From the NCBI GenBank assembly GCA_011109175.1, contig RDEW01000045.1, forward strand, positions 295,367 through 359,366: 64,000 bases of DNA, given 5' to 3'. A model generated the notes under the pieces. The model did not search any database. It saw only the letters and a program-made list of their open reading frames with translations, and was not told where the DNA came from. Shown here in pieces: positions 37,430 to 51,500 of the stretch. The DNA comes from Dicyema japonicum (lineage: Eukaryota > Animalia > Dicyemida). Both the position numbers and the translations under genes were made by a program. Position 1 is the stretch's first letter; the number at the start of each line of letters is the position of its first letter.

Positions 37430-38160
37430 CTCTTCCCCATCCAGACTCCTCGTATGCCTGGATGGTATTCCTCAACTGGAAACTCGAGATGTTGTTTGTT
37501 GCCCTAGATTCTATTACTTTCTGGAGATATTGAACAAAACCCTGGACCAAAACCCCTTGTTATTATGCAACTCAATGCTAACGGTACAAAAACAAAGATT
37601 CTGGAGTTACGATGTCTATCATCGAAGCACAAGATTGACATTTCCAGGAGTCAAAACTTTCTACAAAGAGTACAACCCCACTTTTTCCTGGATACATCTC
37701 TATCAGAAAATACCGTATTGGACGTGGTGGCAGCTTATTTACCATTATTAAAAACGGTTTATCCTTCCACGATGTGAGCTCGCAAGTGGATGATTTAATT
37801 ATACACGACAGGACCGCGGAACAAATTTCTATTGATCTTATTTATGAGCCAGAACATCTTATTCTAATCAACATTTCATTCCTCCTCCGGGATCCTAATA
37901 ACTATGTTCCGAAGCTCGACAAACTACAAGAAATTCGAAATGTGTTACTATGTGGAAATTTCAACGCCAACCATCCCCAATGGTTCAGTACCCAGTCAGC
38001 AGACAAGAGGGGGAGTCTAATTATTGACTCTTTCGAAAAAATGGTGATTCTGAATCACCCGAAAATCTTCACTAGGACACCAGTCCGAAGAAATGACAAC
38101 CCAACCTCCCCCGACATTTCCTTTGCTTTCTCTAGGATTGTCCCGAAGATTTCATGGAAC
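37430..38160 (+). mobile_element. 5' fragment of LINE family A ORF2 with canonical 2A motif and APE domain
   Basis: ILLLSGDIEQNPGP (37508-37549) then KPLVIMQLNANG; GNFNANHPQW, SPDISF. Confidence 0.85.
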
Positions 38161-38218
38161 GTCTTTTTCTTAATCGAATTACAACAGAAACTCTTAAAGT
38201 CTGCTAGACCCAGTGATT

Positions 38219-41209
38219 AACATATAGTAAAGTTTTTTTTTTGGTTGAGGTGGTGACGTCCCTCTATAGCACATATGTCTTTCTCACGTCTAAAATCTAA
38301 CTGCCCTTTTTCTGTGGGTACCCTGAATGTAAGAGGACTCAATCCAACATACAAGAAGCTTCAGCTGTCACGTGATTTGGATCACTATAAGGTATCTGTA
38401 TGCTGCCTACAGGAAATAAAAATAACTGACAACACATGCATGCGGGTGGGAAATTATCATTTGATTACCCTTCCAACAACGTGTCGTCACTATGGACTTG
38501 GATTTGCTATTCATCACACATTGTATAGTCGTATATCTCGGATGTGGGTCGTTACAGACAGGATTGCGGTACTGCAAATCCGGTGGGGAAGCAAACCAAA
38601 CTCTACAGTGACAATCATCAACATATACGCCCCGACTGGAATCAGGGCATCTGCCAATCTAGAAGAACTAGACGAATTCTACTCTGCCCTCATAAGGGTT
38701 TACAACACCCTCAGTTTTTCATATTTTTGCTTAATAGCCGGGGACTGGAATGCCAAAGCAGGAAAAGTCAGATCTGGAGAAACTTGTATCGGATTTCATG
38801 GAAGAAATCGGCGAAACACGCCCGGAATGGCATTACTCCACTTTTGCACTTCCTTGGATCTGTTTTTGTGCAATACGGCATTCCGTCACCCAGCGAGACA
38901 CAAGACGACGTGGACTGGAACTAGGAAAAATTTGCAAGGAAATTACATAAAAATATATAATCAAATTGACTACATACTATGCAGACGAGGTCACAAACAT
39001 CTCCTCGTAGACTCCAGGTCATATGGAGGATTTGAGACAAATAGTGATCATAAAATTGTGGTTACCGCATTGGACTATACAAAGTCCATAACCAAATGAA
39101 AACACCTTCCAATAAAAAGCAGGAGCAATATGATATCCAATTATTACATGACAAGTCAACTCAACAGAAATTTGCGTATCAACTAAATCTTGAACTTAAT
39201 GATATCGACGAAACTAAACCTGTTCATATTATTTGGGACAAAGTCGATAAAAGGTACAGCATGTGATGTGTTGGGAAGTATTACAAAACCCCGTAAATTT
39301 TACAATCATGATATTTGCGTCCTATCAGAAAACCAGAAAGCCTTGAGATTGAAGATAGAAAACTCAAGGTCTCCAGAAAAGGCCAAGGAACTTCGGCAAC
39401 AACGAAACCGAACATTATTAAAAATCAAGCAAACTCAGAAATCCCTAAAGGCTAAAGAAATAGAAAAACAAATTGAAGACATTGAAAAATATAAAGATGG
39501 AGTGAAAATGTTCAAAGCTATTCAATTAATAAGAAAAAGAGTGCAAGCCCTATAATAATCAATGACATCCTTGGCAGAATAATTATCGATGAAAAGGACA
39601 AAGCAGCTACTATATCTGCTTATTACTATCATATGCTCAACTGGGACAACGAAATAGGCTATAAATTTGGTGCACAAGTCAAGCATGGTTTGGACAACAC
39701 AAGAAACACTGGATGCAATTAAAAAATTGAAAAATGACAGATCGGCAGGACCAGAGAATATCCCAGCCGAACTTATAAAGTATGCCCCAGTGAAGTTGGT
39801 AACAATCATTACCAATATACTCAACAAAATATTTGAAGAAAACACTACGTTAGACATTGGCAAGGGTTGGTTAATTCCACTGCAAAAACCGGGAAAACCC
39901 AAAGGGCCCCTTTCCAACCTAAGACCAATCATCCTACTAACTACGCTGCGAAAAATCTTGTCAATCATTACATTGGAAAGAATCAAAGACAAGGTGGAGT
40001 ATTTTCTGTCACCAGGACAAAGTGGTTTCCGGTCAGGCAGATCCACTGCCGATGTCATTTGGACACACAGATGGTCAAGTGCTCTATGCCAAAAATATAA
40101 AAAGTGCATAGATGTTCTCGGAATAGACATGTCCAGAGCGTTTGACTCAGTTCATAGAGGCAAACTTCTTGAAGTACTCACAAGCTTCCTAACAACGGAT
40201 GATGTCAAAATTATACAAAAACTACTGCAGAATACGCAACTAGCAACCAAACTCGGAAAAACTACTTCAGAATTCTTTTATACTTCACGTGGAATTCCGC
40301 AAGGAGACTCTTTGTCACCAGTTCTATTCATAATCTACCTGGAGGCTGCACTGAGAGATTTCAGGCCTTTAATTGAGAACAACAAAATAATCGAGTTAAT
40401 ATATGCAGACGATCTTGACTTTGTTTCTGAAGATGTTGAAATTCTTCATCACGTTCTCAAGAACTTACCAAATGCCTTTTCTAAATGGTTCTTAGTTGTC
40501 AACCAAGACAAAACTGAATATACAAAACTTGTACGAGTTGTACGCACTTACGATGAATCATGGAGAAGGCATAAAAAAGTTGGTTCTCTACTTGGAGACT
40601 CAGAAGATGTTACTCACAGAAAAATCCATTCCACTGCTGCATATAAAAAATTCTGAACTATCTGGCGTTCTAAAAAGAGCATAACTACGAATACAAAGCT
40701 AAAATTGTATAAAACATTCGTGGTTTTAGTCCTGACATACAACTGTGGGACATGGGGGATTACGAAACGGGAAATGGACAATCTGGATCAATTTCATAGA
40801 AATCAACTAAGAAACATCTTGAGAATACATTTCCCGAAAAAGATATCAAATTCAGAACTGTACAAAAGATGTGGCTTAAGGCCATTATCAGAGGAGATTC
40901 TCAAGGCTAGGTGAAGACTTTTTGGTCACATCTCACGAATGGATATGTTGACTCCACCAAACATTGCAATGGAGAACTATTTCGCACAACTGAAGGGATC
41001 ATTCCGTGGCAGGCCTACAGTGACGTTGCCTTCAGTACTAAATGATGACCTAATCCGAATAAACAAAACTGGTGAAGATCTTGACTCACTACGATCAATG
41101 GCCCGGAACAGGGGAACATGGAAGAAGATGTGTGGGAGGATACTGGACGTGCACAAGGGGAACTTAATTAATCTAATTATTTTTTGATTTCCCGGGAGTG
41201 CTTAAAAAA
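38219..41209 (+). mobile_element. Near full-length RTE-group LINE (APE + RT)
   Basis: VGTLNVRGL, LQEIK, AGDWNAK, QIDYIL, SDH; LRPIILL, QSGFRSGRST, GIPQGDSLSP, YADD; 12-13-bp TSD (A)GACCCAGTGATT (38206-18, 41210-22). Confidence 0.92.
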
Positions 41210-42305
41210 AGACCCAGTGATTGTGGGATAATAATAAGTCTAAAATCACGTCACTAGACTGCTATTAGTAAATTTTGTACTGCTTTGTTATAATTTTTAA
41301 ATTCGTATTTTCACTTTTCACATTTTCTCAGATTTACTTGGTTAAATTAATCCCTACATATTACAGGAAATTAATCGGGATCATTCGATAACTTACCACA
41401 AAGTGAATTTTATAATGCCGTTAACCAAGAATTGAGCGGTTTTGTAACTTTCATTCAATTTCTCATTATCAGAAGATTACTGTTGAGAAAAACCTGAGTA
41501 AATCTGACAATGTCTTCCTGTTTAGAATCGGATAATTGGTGCGAAATATAGTTTTAATCTCAGCTATGCTTTTTATAAAAACTTTGGGGATGTTAATTTA
41601 TCAAATTACCATTCTGATGTTGTAGAATCAAAATAATTTGCCCTTGAAGACAAACTATGACATTTCATGACAATTTTATCAATTTTAATCAAAGATTAGT
41701 GGTCTCAGATTGACGTATATTATAACCATATGGTGCTCTATCATTAGTATTTACTGCGATTTGGTGTCTCTTGTGAAACTAAGAATTCACCAGATTTTGG
41801 TTTGAGTTTGTAATGTGACTCTGAGTTTAAACGGTTTTCACTTTAATCACTTTACCAGTCAAGTATAGTGATTTTTATATATTGGCTGTAATTATTAGTT
41901 TTTGGTTCAACTAAAACTCTTTGATTTTACATTGTTCGTTTTAAGAGTCAATTTTGGAGAATACTTTGAAAAGAATGTTAAATTAGTCAACAAAAAATAA
42001 ATCTTTAATAGAATTATAGGTCAGAAATATGATGAAAACATTCCTATTAAATGAAAAACCTCTCATCTTCAGAGTAAAATATTATTTTCGAGAATCCAAA
42101 AGTTAACCCCTATAAGTAATCGGACTATCCAATAACAAGTAACTAAAAATGATTTGAAATTTTAAAAACTAAAAAATCCAATTAATCGATTGATGAATAA
42201 ACCAAAAATAATGATTATAGCTCAAATGCATTGAATATTATTTATTTGGAATGAAACATAAATCCTTTATTTAAAGTGAGACTATTATTTTAGTTAATTA
42301 AGGAT

Positions 42306-43071
42306 TCAAGGTCGATCTCTTTTTTTATATTTTCTTTTATAATTCTGAGGTAATGATCTTCTTCGAGCGTTTATGAACCAGTTATTCAGTTGGACACGAG
42401 TCAGATTTGTCTCCTCCATCAGTTGAGATTTTTTTTGTTCCGAAGGATAAGGATTCTAGAGTGAAGCATCATCTTACCTTAGCATTTTCAAACAGCCAGT
42501 TCAACAATATACTTGAAGTTTTCAATGAAAAATATCTTTTTTCTAAAAAATATTAATATATCGTCAACAACTTTTCCTTGTGGAGGGTTCCTTGATCTAT
42601 ATTTTAAATAAATAACCATATTATCTGGGATTCTAGGTTCTGTAGGTAATATTGAATTTATCTACGAATATTCAACCTAATTTACTTTTGCCTTCATTTC
42701 TTGGTCAATGGTATTAAGTCTTACATTTTTGAATCTCTCAATAAAATAATTAAGCATTTTGAACTCAATTAGTTGGCACCACAGTGAACCAATACCCAAT
42801 TTCATCTAAAATTTCAAACAGGAGTGTACAAGTTCATCAATCTCTTGAGTACTCTGTTTTGCGTCTTTGAAGCTGTCTAAAAGAGAAATTACTATCTCTG
42901 AAAAGTCCTCGACGTTAAAATTCCCCAAAGTTAAGGAATTTAATTTATCGTGCATTTTGGTTAGCACGTCGAATAAAAAATGACTGATAAATATTATATC
43001 ATAGTAAACCTCTTTATTACCATTTTGATGTTGTCTTTTTCGGTTTCGTCAATGTTGTGCTCGTTCTCCAT
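42306..43071 (-). CDS. TALE-class homeobox gene, Meis/PKNOX(Prep)-like, with MEINOX-type domain
   Basis: Spliced ..[21 protein letters not shown]|[33 protein letters not shown] (PYP loop, WFINARRR); upstream HFLFDVL and [13 protein letters not shown] resemble Meis HM1/HM2; six introns of 20-29 nt; missed by the ORF track. Confidence 0.85.
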
Positions 43072-43811
43072 TTAATTTCGAAAACTGTCAAGAAACTCAG
43101 AATTCTTAACTTTGAAAACGTCAATATTGCAATATCTTATATATACAGCGCGATTATCTGATAATAACAGCGCGATAGATAAGACAATAATTCGAATTTT
43201 TATTAGTAATATTTGACGTCAGTTTATTATCCCCCACATGCACTTTTTATAATAAAGTTCATTTAATAATATTATTTTTTCATAATATAAATTGTATAAA
43301 TAATTATTATTAAAATCTGCATTTATTGACGGTCAAAGTCTAAATTGATTTTGTATTGTTTTTAGAAAAAAATAAATTGGCTGAATTGTAATTAAAATGA
43401 GGTAAATTCGAAGATTATTACGGTTTACATAGGCAAATCCTATTTTATGATTTACAACCCATATAGACTGGAAATATAGAGAAACATCTTATTACAAGAG
43501 TATCACTAAACGGTGGCTTCCTATTAAAGTTATGGAACTTTAATTTATTATTGGAATATTATTGACACTTTTTATAAATGTGGTTTGAATGGTAGTTAAT
43601 GTCGTAATACTTGACTAAATCAGAAAACCACATGAACTGATAATCAATCGTCAATCAATTATCAAACAAATGAGGTCATAATTCAGATGGGCAGATGATC
43701 TATTTTGTAGCATTATGGCATCCGAGACATATGGATCACATCAACTTTCGTCAAATATAATTCTCATTTAAACAAATAAATTTTAAAACTGATAATTTTA
43801 TTCCTGTTTCC

Positions 43812-44500
43812 ATGGAAATGAGTTTTCCACTGTCGATAGAGGAATACGAAAATATTTGGAGGAAGGCTTTAAGGGAAAATAAATTGATCAAAGAAGACAT
43901 CGAAAAAATTAAAAACTCTCCCCCGAAATCAGTTCCGATCATTATAAAATTTAGTTTAATTTCCCCCCACGACTTATTAAAAGTCACTCAGCTACTGATC
44001 AAGTCAACCAAATCCAGCTCATCCTCGATTCCTTCCAGTTTTTCTGTGATTTACTCATAAGATACAATTTCACAGGGACTAATTTCTTTAAATTGGACAA
44101 AAGTCTACCGCTTTATAGGTAATACAACGATTTACATTCAGACTGAAGGGGGAATGCAAAAAGATGTTGACATTTGCACTACCAATAAAATGTCTAGAAG
44201 CCACCATTCTTGCCGCGTCAATCCTTAGTTTTCACTTCCCAGATATCTCTCAAGAGACATTGATAAACTCAAGCGAATTCCAATCAGCTTTGATTCAAAA
44301 TCAGGAAATCGTATTTACAGGCACGTGGTCCTTGGTGTCTGTTACAACGGTCTTTGGGGTTCTCTTGGGCTATCACGGAGGGAACTTCTCATGTACAAGC
44401 CAATGAGATACAAGGTGATCTCAATCTCAGAATTTGTAGAGTTTAAGTGAATTAGTCACAAACTTCTCGGAAAGTTATCAAAAATGTAATTCCACAAAAT
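43812..44500 (+). other. Possible spliced gene or pseudogene of unknown function
   Basis: Two ORFs (43812-44060, 44164-44406) linked by a GT-AG 23-nt intron-like segment but with stops; no recognisable domain. Confidence 0.25.
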
Positions 44501-47077
44501 TCAAATTTAGGTCACCACGTGGTTACTAGGATTATCATTGGTCAGAATGTAACTAATAATTGGGACTCTTTTTATCGTTTTCCGTGGCGGGTCAGCTCAG
44601 GAATATAAATTTAGAGTTTTTATATATTCCCACAAAATCTAAAAAAGAAACATTTTGAGCAGTTTTGCCGTGAAATTACTAGGATTATTCGCACCGATGT
44701 ATGTTTCTTATTAATTTATAGAATTTTACTTATTTCAAACAATTCACAAAAATATGAAATTAATTATGAAAATTATTTTTATTATCAAATAAATATTAAT
44801 TATTACTAATAAATAAGCTCAAGGAAATTTAATTTTAAAAAATTACAACAATCTTAGTTTTTACGAAATTAATCTCAGATTGATTTGTTTAATATTAATA
44901 TATAACTGGATAGTTTAGAGAGCTATCGTCAGATGATGCAGCATGGCTCCTAAATTAATTGCTCTTTTAACGATTTTAATAAAATAAAAAAATATTATAA
45001 TGTGATCGTTCAAATTCTGGACTCAATGGTTTACTAATACGTGTTATGTTTGATCATACCGAAAGTGAATTTAAATACTAACCAAGATACTAAACCCTAT
45101 TCCGGAGATTTTCAAACAGTGTGCCATGAGACAATTTCTTGTGTGCTTCTAGAGAAATTACAATTAGTGTGACGCGAGAATAATTTTTATGAAAACCTCT
45201 GCCCTAACCTTAAAAATAACCCTAATGATTTTATTCATAACCCTTCTCTTAAAAATAACCCCAAGATTTTATTCATAGAACCTTTTAATTACTTAATTTT
45301 AATTAATACCCATGAGTATTCGTCTTTATGTGAGAATACCTACTCAAGTCAATAAGATCGGCTATCACGAGGTTTTTTTCCAATTATTGGCGTAATTGGA
45401 GGTTTAATCGACATCATTTTATTGGCTTGACAAAAGATTACTTTTTGAACTTCTTTTCTCGTTAAATTGTATATTATGTACTTTATAAAACTATATAACC
45501 TGTCTCTGCTAAGATGGCCATAATTGTGTTCAGCATATTTTTAGATCAGCAACACTAGTTGCCTCAATCTTTAATTCTGTTTGGTCAGACGTAAAAAATT
45601 TCATAATCTATTTTTCAGATAAAAATGTTTTTCATCTTCAAATTCGATTCAGACAAATTACTAAGCCTATATTTTGCCTTTTAGGAATTTGCGGACAATC
45701 ATAATTCATTTTTAAATTTTTATTAATTCCATTTCGTACGACGACAGACTCAGGTGCCAAGTTAAAAAATATCTAAACGAAAAACAAATATATTGCCAAG
45801 TTTAGTAAAACTTTATTTGGATAATATTTAGATCTTTCTGTGACTTAAAATCTTAAACAGGAAAAGGGGAATATTGTATTAGAAAATAATAGTTGTTTAC
45901 AATTGTATGATGTCTAAGTATTGTCAAAGAATCATCAAATTAAAATCAGTGAAATAAATATCTTGGATTGACGACTCACTTTGTAGGACAGAAAATGAGA
46001 ATTGAAATAGATAGCTTTATGTTGAACTTTTGTTTACTGAATGTGGAATTCGTAAGATCCAATTATTTTAATGATTGAAACCATCATAAATTATTATAAA
46101 GAATATCACTTCAGAAATTTCCTAAGCTTATAAAGGTTATCATGGAAATGATTACAATATAAAATAATTTCATTATTCTCTTTATCAATTTTAGCATAAA
46201 TTCCAATTTTTCGAATCATATACTGATCATGTGGTGTCATTTAAAGATGTATCACTAAGGTGAATCAACGTGGTGAGCTGTGAAAGACAAACTTGCTAGT
46301 TACCCTAACCTCACTAATGAATATATAACCACTAACAATTTCCTAGCTGTTCAATAAATCTCTCAAAAAGAAAGAATTCAATAAGAATCCTTTAAGTTAA
46401 GTAGTAATTTGGTCTATAAGGGTAAATCACAAATTTGAATTTTTCCGTACTTTGAACTACCCACTTAACAACAAAGATCTCTTTATATGATTACTTGTAT
46501 TTTTATGACATCTCAATGACAGAGAACTCCTCTTTCTCTAATTATGGTGAATACATTTTTGATAAAAATGAATGCTCCAGAAATTGTCATACCTCTTTAC
46601 TATTAAAAAGACGACTAAAACATAACCCTAGACAAAACTCACTCCTCAAAAAATACCAGAGTGTCTTTGATGCAGGAGAGTTACAAAACGTTAAAGAGCA
46701 TTATCGAATCTCCTCGGCTTTGAGAGATACTATTAGTGAATATCACATAAATGGAAAGATTCAATGAGTGATTACCCAGGAAGAACACATTCCTTCCACA
46801 AAAAGGAACTGTCTTTGAAAAGCATAATCTTTTCGGTTATGATTAGTCGCCACGAACCTTATCTAAGAAAATAATGACTACTGAAGAACAGATAGACTTG
46901 ATTTTTATCAGTCTCTTCAAATGATGGCTAACAAAAAAGCAACAACTTGGTCAATGATCATCTTATTCTATTAATAAATCATCGTAAAAGCAGTCTTATT
47001 GTGTTTCGAATGAATGTGAAGGATAAGTTTGACTAAATAAATTTGTTTAATGAAGGAAAAGAAAAACAAAAAAGTAA

Positions 47078-50000
47078 TTAATGTTCGTTCTGTTTCTCTA
47101 CAAAAATTATAAACAGAACCTACCTAACTTAAGTTTTGAGATATGATCTGATATAGCATTCAACTGTTGTTGTTGTTGAGCGTTCAAAGTTGAGAGTAGA
47201 TTGAAAAAATATTGAGAATCCTGATCTTGCAGAGCTACATTGAGCCAAAAGGCCACCTTTCAGTTTATCATTGAATATTATCATTTCCATCATATCATAC
47301 TCCTTCTTATCTATTAAGGTGGTGTAGACATCATCATAGTAGCTATCATCATCTAAGTAAACGTCATCGTCTTCTTCGTCATCCTCCATTGTGACTGCCT
47401 CTAACTCTCCATCCTCATATTCGATGGCTATGTCTTATAACATCAGCAAACATCTCGTGGACGACGCTTCCGAGCAGTAACTGTCAGCATCTTCATTGTC
47501 AACATCTTCATTGTCACCATTTTCCTTAGACGATTCTGTGACAATAAAACTAATTTAACTTTGATAGTCCTTCTTCAAAGCAGCACACAATTGCAGGGAG
47601 AGAGGCATTAAGGAGGGGAGGTACTGACTCACAATATGGTCAGAATAGTTCATCATCTCCACTATCACAAGCAGGGACACTTTCATTTGGTGTCGAGTAC
47701 TACATTGTCATATAACATGCAACAGTTTAGTAGAAGACAAAGAGCAGATCCACATATTGAGAATTTCGTTGATCAACAAAACTTGTGGAGAATATGACAC
47801 GCTAGAGAAGAGACTTACAGCTTTAGAATAGTCACAGTACATAGCAGAAATGAACACCTAAATTACAATTTGGTCATACAATTATGCAAAAGTCCTTAAC
47901 TTTTTGATTCACGTCACTAGATGAGTATTTCTTGTATAAAGAAGTACAAATGGTGCCCATCTGCTCAACACTGAGACGTCCTTTACAGGTTATTAGTATA
48001 ATCTCGTAGAATTTGAAGACCAACATCGTTGGCTCGTTGTTATCCTCAGCCATTTCATCCAGATCTGTGTCAACGCTAGTCATCTCCAACTCCAAGGTGG
48101 ACATTATACGAGAAAAGTTGTCTGGATTAGATAGGAATGTTGTAGTGTCCACAATAATAAAATTATGAATCCAATCCAGCATCGATTCAAGCAAGTAAAA
48201 ACCAGAATTTGCAGGGTAAACGTCCATAAATCGATAAAAATATTTCCAATAACTAGGAGGAACTCGTTTCTCAGTCGTCGTGCACAATATCATGCACAGA
48301 TCATCCCACAGTTCTACATAAAGTATGAGAATACCAATCATCAGGTCGTCTGTGAAGCACAGATTGATAATCTGTTCAATTAGTGGATCGATTTGATCCA
48401 AAACCTGCAATGAGTAGGATTCATACCGAAATGTCACATCCAACCGATTCTATGACTGTATCCACGGCTGATATTAAACCGGATATTACAGGGGCGTTGT
48501 CCCCAATATTGATGCCGCTTTGTATTCTCGACATTATTAGTTGAACCTAAATTAAAAATATAATTTTAAAATAATTTAAATAGTAAGAGGATGAATAAAG
48601 ACAAATCAAAGTGGGACCATAAACTGATTATATAAAATTATAACAAAAAGAATGAATAACGAAACTTACCGAACTCTGGGTCACATCATAAGCAATTGAT
48701 CCTATACTGTCACCAAACACTTGGAACATTTTATCCAAAACATATGAACTCCTCTCACAGTTAAGATCTTTAACAATTCCTAGAATGCCTACAAGTTAAT
48801 GGAACAACTACTCATAGTAAATTGCATTAAGTAGGGCACAAAAGACGGTAGTATTTCCTCCGTAGCACATGTCATGAAGCTTTCAAACAGCAGAATCGCC
48901 TGATACTTCACTGGCAAGGAGTTTTCGTTAAGAATTCCGTTCACGATTCGTTCGACCACAAACATTAAATTATTTCTGTTATGGAATGGCACTTTTATAA
49001 GTGACTCAAGCAGCCAGTAAGCCTTAAATAAGGTAAAAGATCACCTTATAACGAATTAGATGGTTTGTGGACTTTGTAGAAGGGAACACGTGGGCCACAA
49101 ACAATTTTCCATATCATTCTTGTAAATTTCGCTCTAAATCTTATAAACAACCAACTTTCACAAGAGACTGGCTAATATATCCTAGTATAGAGAAGATTGC
49201 GTATCTTTGAGGATCAGCTGCCTCAGTTAGGATCTGCATGCACGTGCTCACGATAACTGATAGCATTTTCTCCCTCTTCCTAGCCACTAGATCTAAGAAA
49301 CTCCTAACAGCCGAGTCAGGATAGAGTAAATAGTCCTCCACTACCATCAAACATAAACATACAGCAATAATCCTCCACAAAAGTCTGAGGATCCGACTGA
49401 AACTCCTCTATCAATTTATTATTGTAGGAAAGTATGCGAACAAATACATGTCGAACGACGTCTACCATATGCAACTCTAAAATCTTCCATGTGCTCAATT
49501 TCGGAACACTTAAATAAGTCTAACCGTACCAATATCTCAGAAAGGTTATTGTGTACTGCAGAACATAACTAGAAACATCAATATTCTGAGCAATTTGGGC
49601 AAACACTACGAAAATGGAGTTTATTACCCGCCCTGTACTTAATTATTCACATACCCGAGTATCTGTCTATGAACCAGTTTATGAACTCTCGGTTGCTTCG
49701 GTTCTTCTTGAAGAGCTCACAAAATATGCGAATTGCCCACTTTCTTGCCTTGCTCCACACTGAGGGACCGTTGTCGTCTGCCGGCACGTCCTAGGAATCA
49801 TAACAAGTCCTACACTAGGAGGAGGACGGGCAAATAGGCATAAACTACAGTCTAAGACAGTACAAAGATTCTGCTCTCCCAAGAAAGGGATCATTCGCAT
49901 TACCTACAAATTAAACCAAGTGATTTACAGAATTTATATGAACCAACAACTTATATGCGAGGATCTGCACCATGCAAGCTTCGGGGGTGTCTAAGGGAGT

Positions 50001-50662
50001 ATATTGGACGAAGACTCGTGCCAAATGCATGTTTAGTGGCATAATCTGTCCATAGACCTTGTCCAGCCTAGTACCCCCCTTATTATCCTGTGACTTAATG
50101 ATCGATATTAGTATAAGAAGTCCAGATGGAAGGACTTCAGGACCCGAGCTGACTAAAAGATTAGCCATCTGGCCAGGTAACTCGTTGAAATATGTTGGGT
50201 ATGATCGTTTCATCACAATGCTGATACAAAGAATCAGCTGGTCTCTGAAATAATATAATAGTCCACCTTATAAGTGCTTTCGTAGTCTTCAGTATCAGGG
50301 GAACCAATGAACATTCGATAAACTTCTTATCCGTCTCAAATAGGTCATTCTGTAATGTGTAACGACTCACATCCCTCTGCATTTCACTGAATCTCTCATG
50401 TTCCTCGACCGCCCATTTCTCACGGATTATGTTTTTCAGCATTATGGTCGCTATCGTGACCGTAAGGGTCAACCTGAGTGACGGACAGTCTCTTCCAAGC
50501 TCTCGGAGTCGATAATCTTGATGAGAATCTGGGGGAAGTTCTGACAAATCTTAATCTGGAAATTATGTTGATTAATACAGCAGTCAGTTTGGCTTCAGCT
50601 TCTTTGGTATATTCTGGGATGAGAGTGTGCCTAAACAGATTGACGATTTCGTTCTCGTCCAT
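47078..50662 (-). CDS. IPO7: Importin-7/8 family nuclear import receptor, multi-exon
   Basis: MDENEIVNLF..EAEAKL..TVRHS|ATIMLKNIIREKW (importin N-terminal domain), WSKARKWA, acidic C-terminal loop; introns mostly 21-26 nt; one -1 shift near 49097. Confidence 0.85.
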
Positions 50663-51239
50663 TTTAACACCGACAACAGCAATCACCACGTTTTGATATT
50701 TATTATATTAATTTTTTTAAATCTTTTAATTTATTTTTTAATGATAATTTTAATTTTTGTGGATTTTTTAGTTAATTGATAATTTTATTATTATTTAATT
50801 ATTAAGTAATGTTTTTAAAACTTTTCTGCTACTTTTTTCCTAAAGTTTAAGTTTTTACGTCATTAAAGATGCTTGGGGAATTAATATTTATGTTCGAATT
50901 AGCATTTATACATTACGTCCGTGTTAGTGGGTTTATCTTTTTGATAAATTCACATATTTTTAACTTAACCACATTTTTCTTAATTTTTATCATTTTTTCT
51001 AACTCTCATTTCGTGCTTAATGAGTGCAGGAAAGGGCTGCCAAAGCTTTCTGCTGTCCGGAGAGATTGTATGAAAATGATTACCCTTATAACTATTTTAA
51101 TAGTGACTAAATAAATTATAGATGTTGTCATACATTAGAATGATTAAATAAAAGATCAAGCAATAGTGAGGTTTATTATTATTAATTTATTAAACAATAA
51201 ACAAAAAGTCACTTACTTACATGTCGAACCGCTCCTTTG

Positions 51240-51500
51240 CTGTCAACAAAAGTCTGCACCACAGCTTCTTATCTCCAAAAGTTTCAAAAATTGGTTTCAT
51301 AAGCATCATCGTTCTCCACTTTGAAATTCCTTCGTCTCTATGACTTCGAGACGCGACATTCTGTCTTGCAAAAAGAAAAACAACTTGGACAATTCGTTTA
51401 ACAATAAGTCGTCATTTTTTTCTCTCACTCAAAATATGCTCTTGGACTTTGTAATCAATCTTGCATGTCTTGCTGAAAATCCAAACATTTACGCATTGCA
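51240..51500 (-). mobile_element. Short hAT (DUF4371/ZMYM1-like) transposase fragment
   Basis: H..AMRKC and IVKRIVQVVFLFARQNVASRSH resemble the I.FLA.Q.LA.RGH motif; contains stops. Confidence 0.4.

Noticed and set aside
41240-42290. Exon-like minus-strand fragments, possibly continuing at 37241-37426
   Set aside because: No consistent spliced frame or recognisable domain could be built
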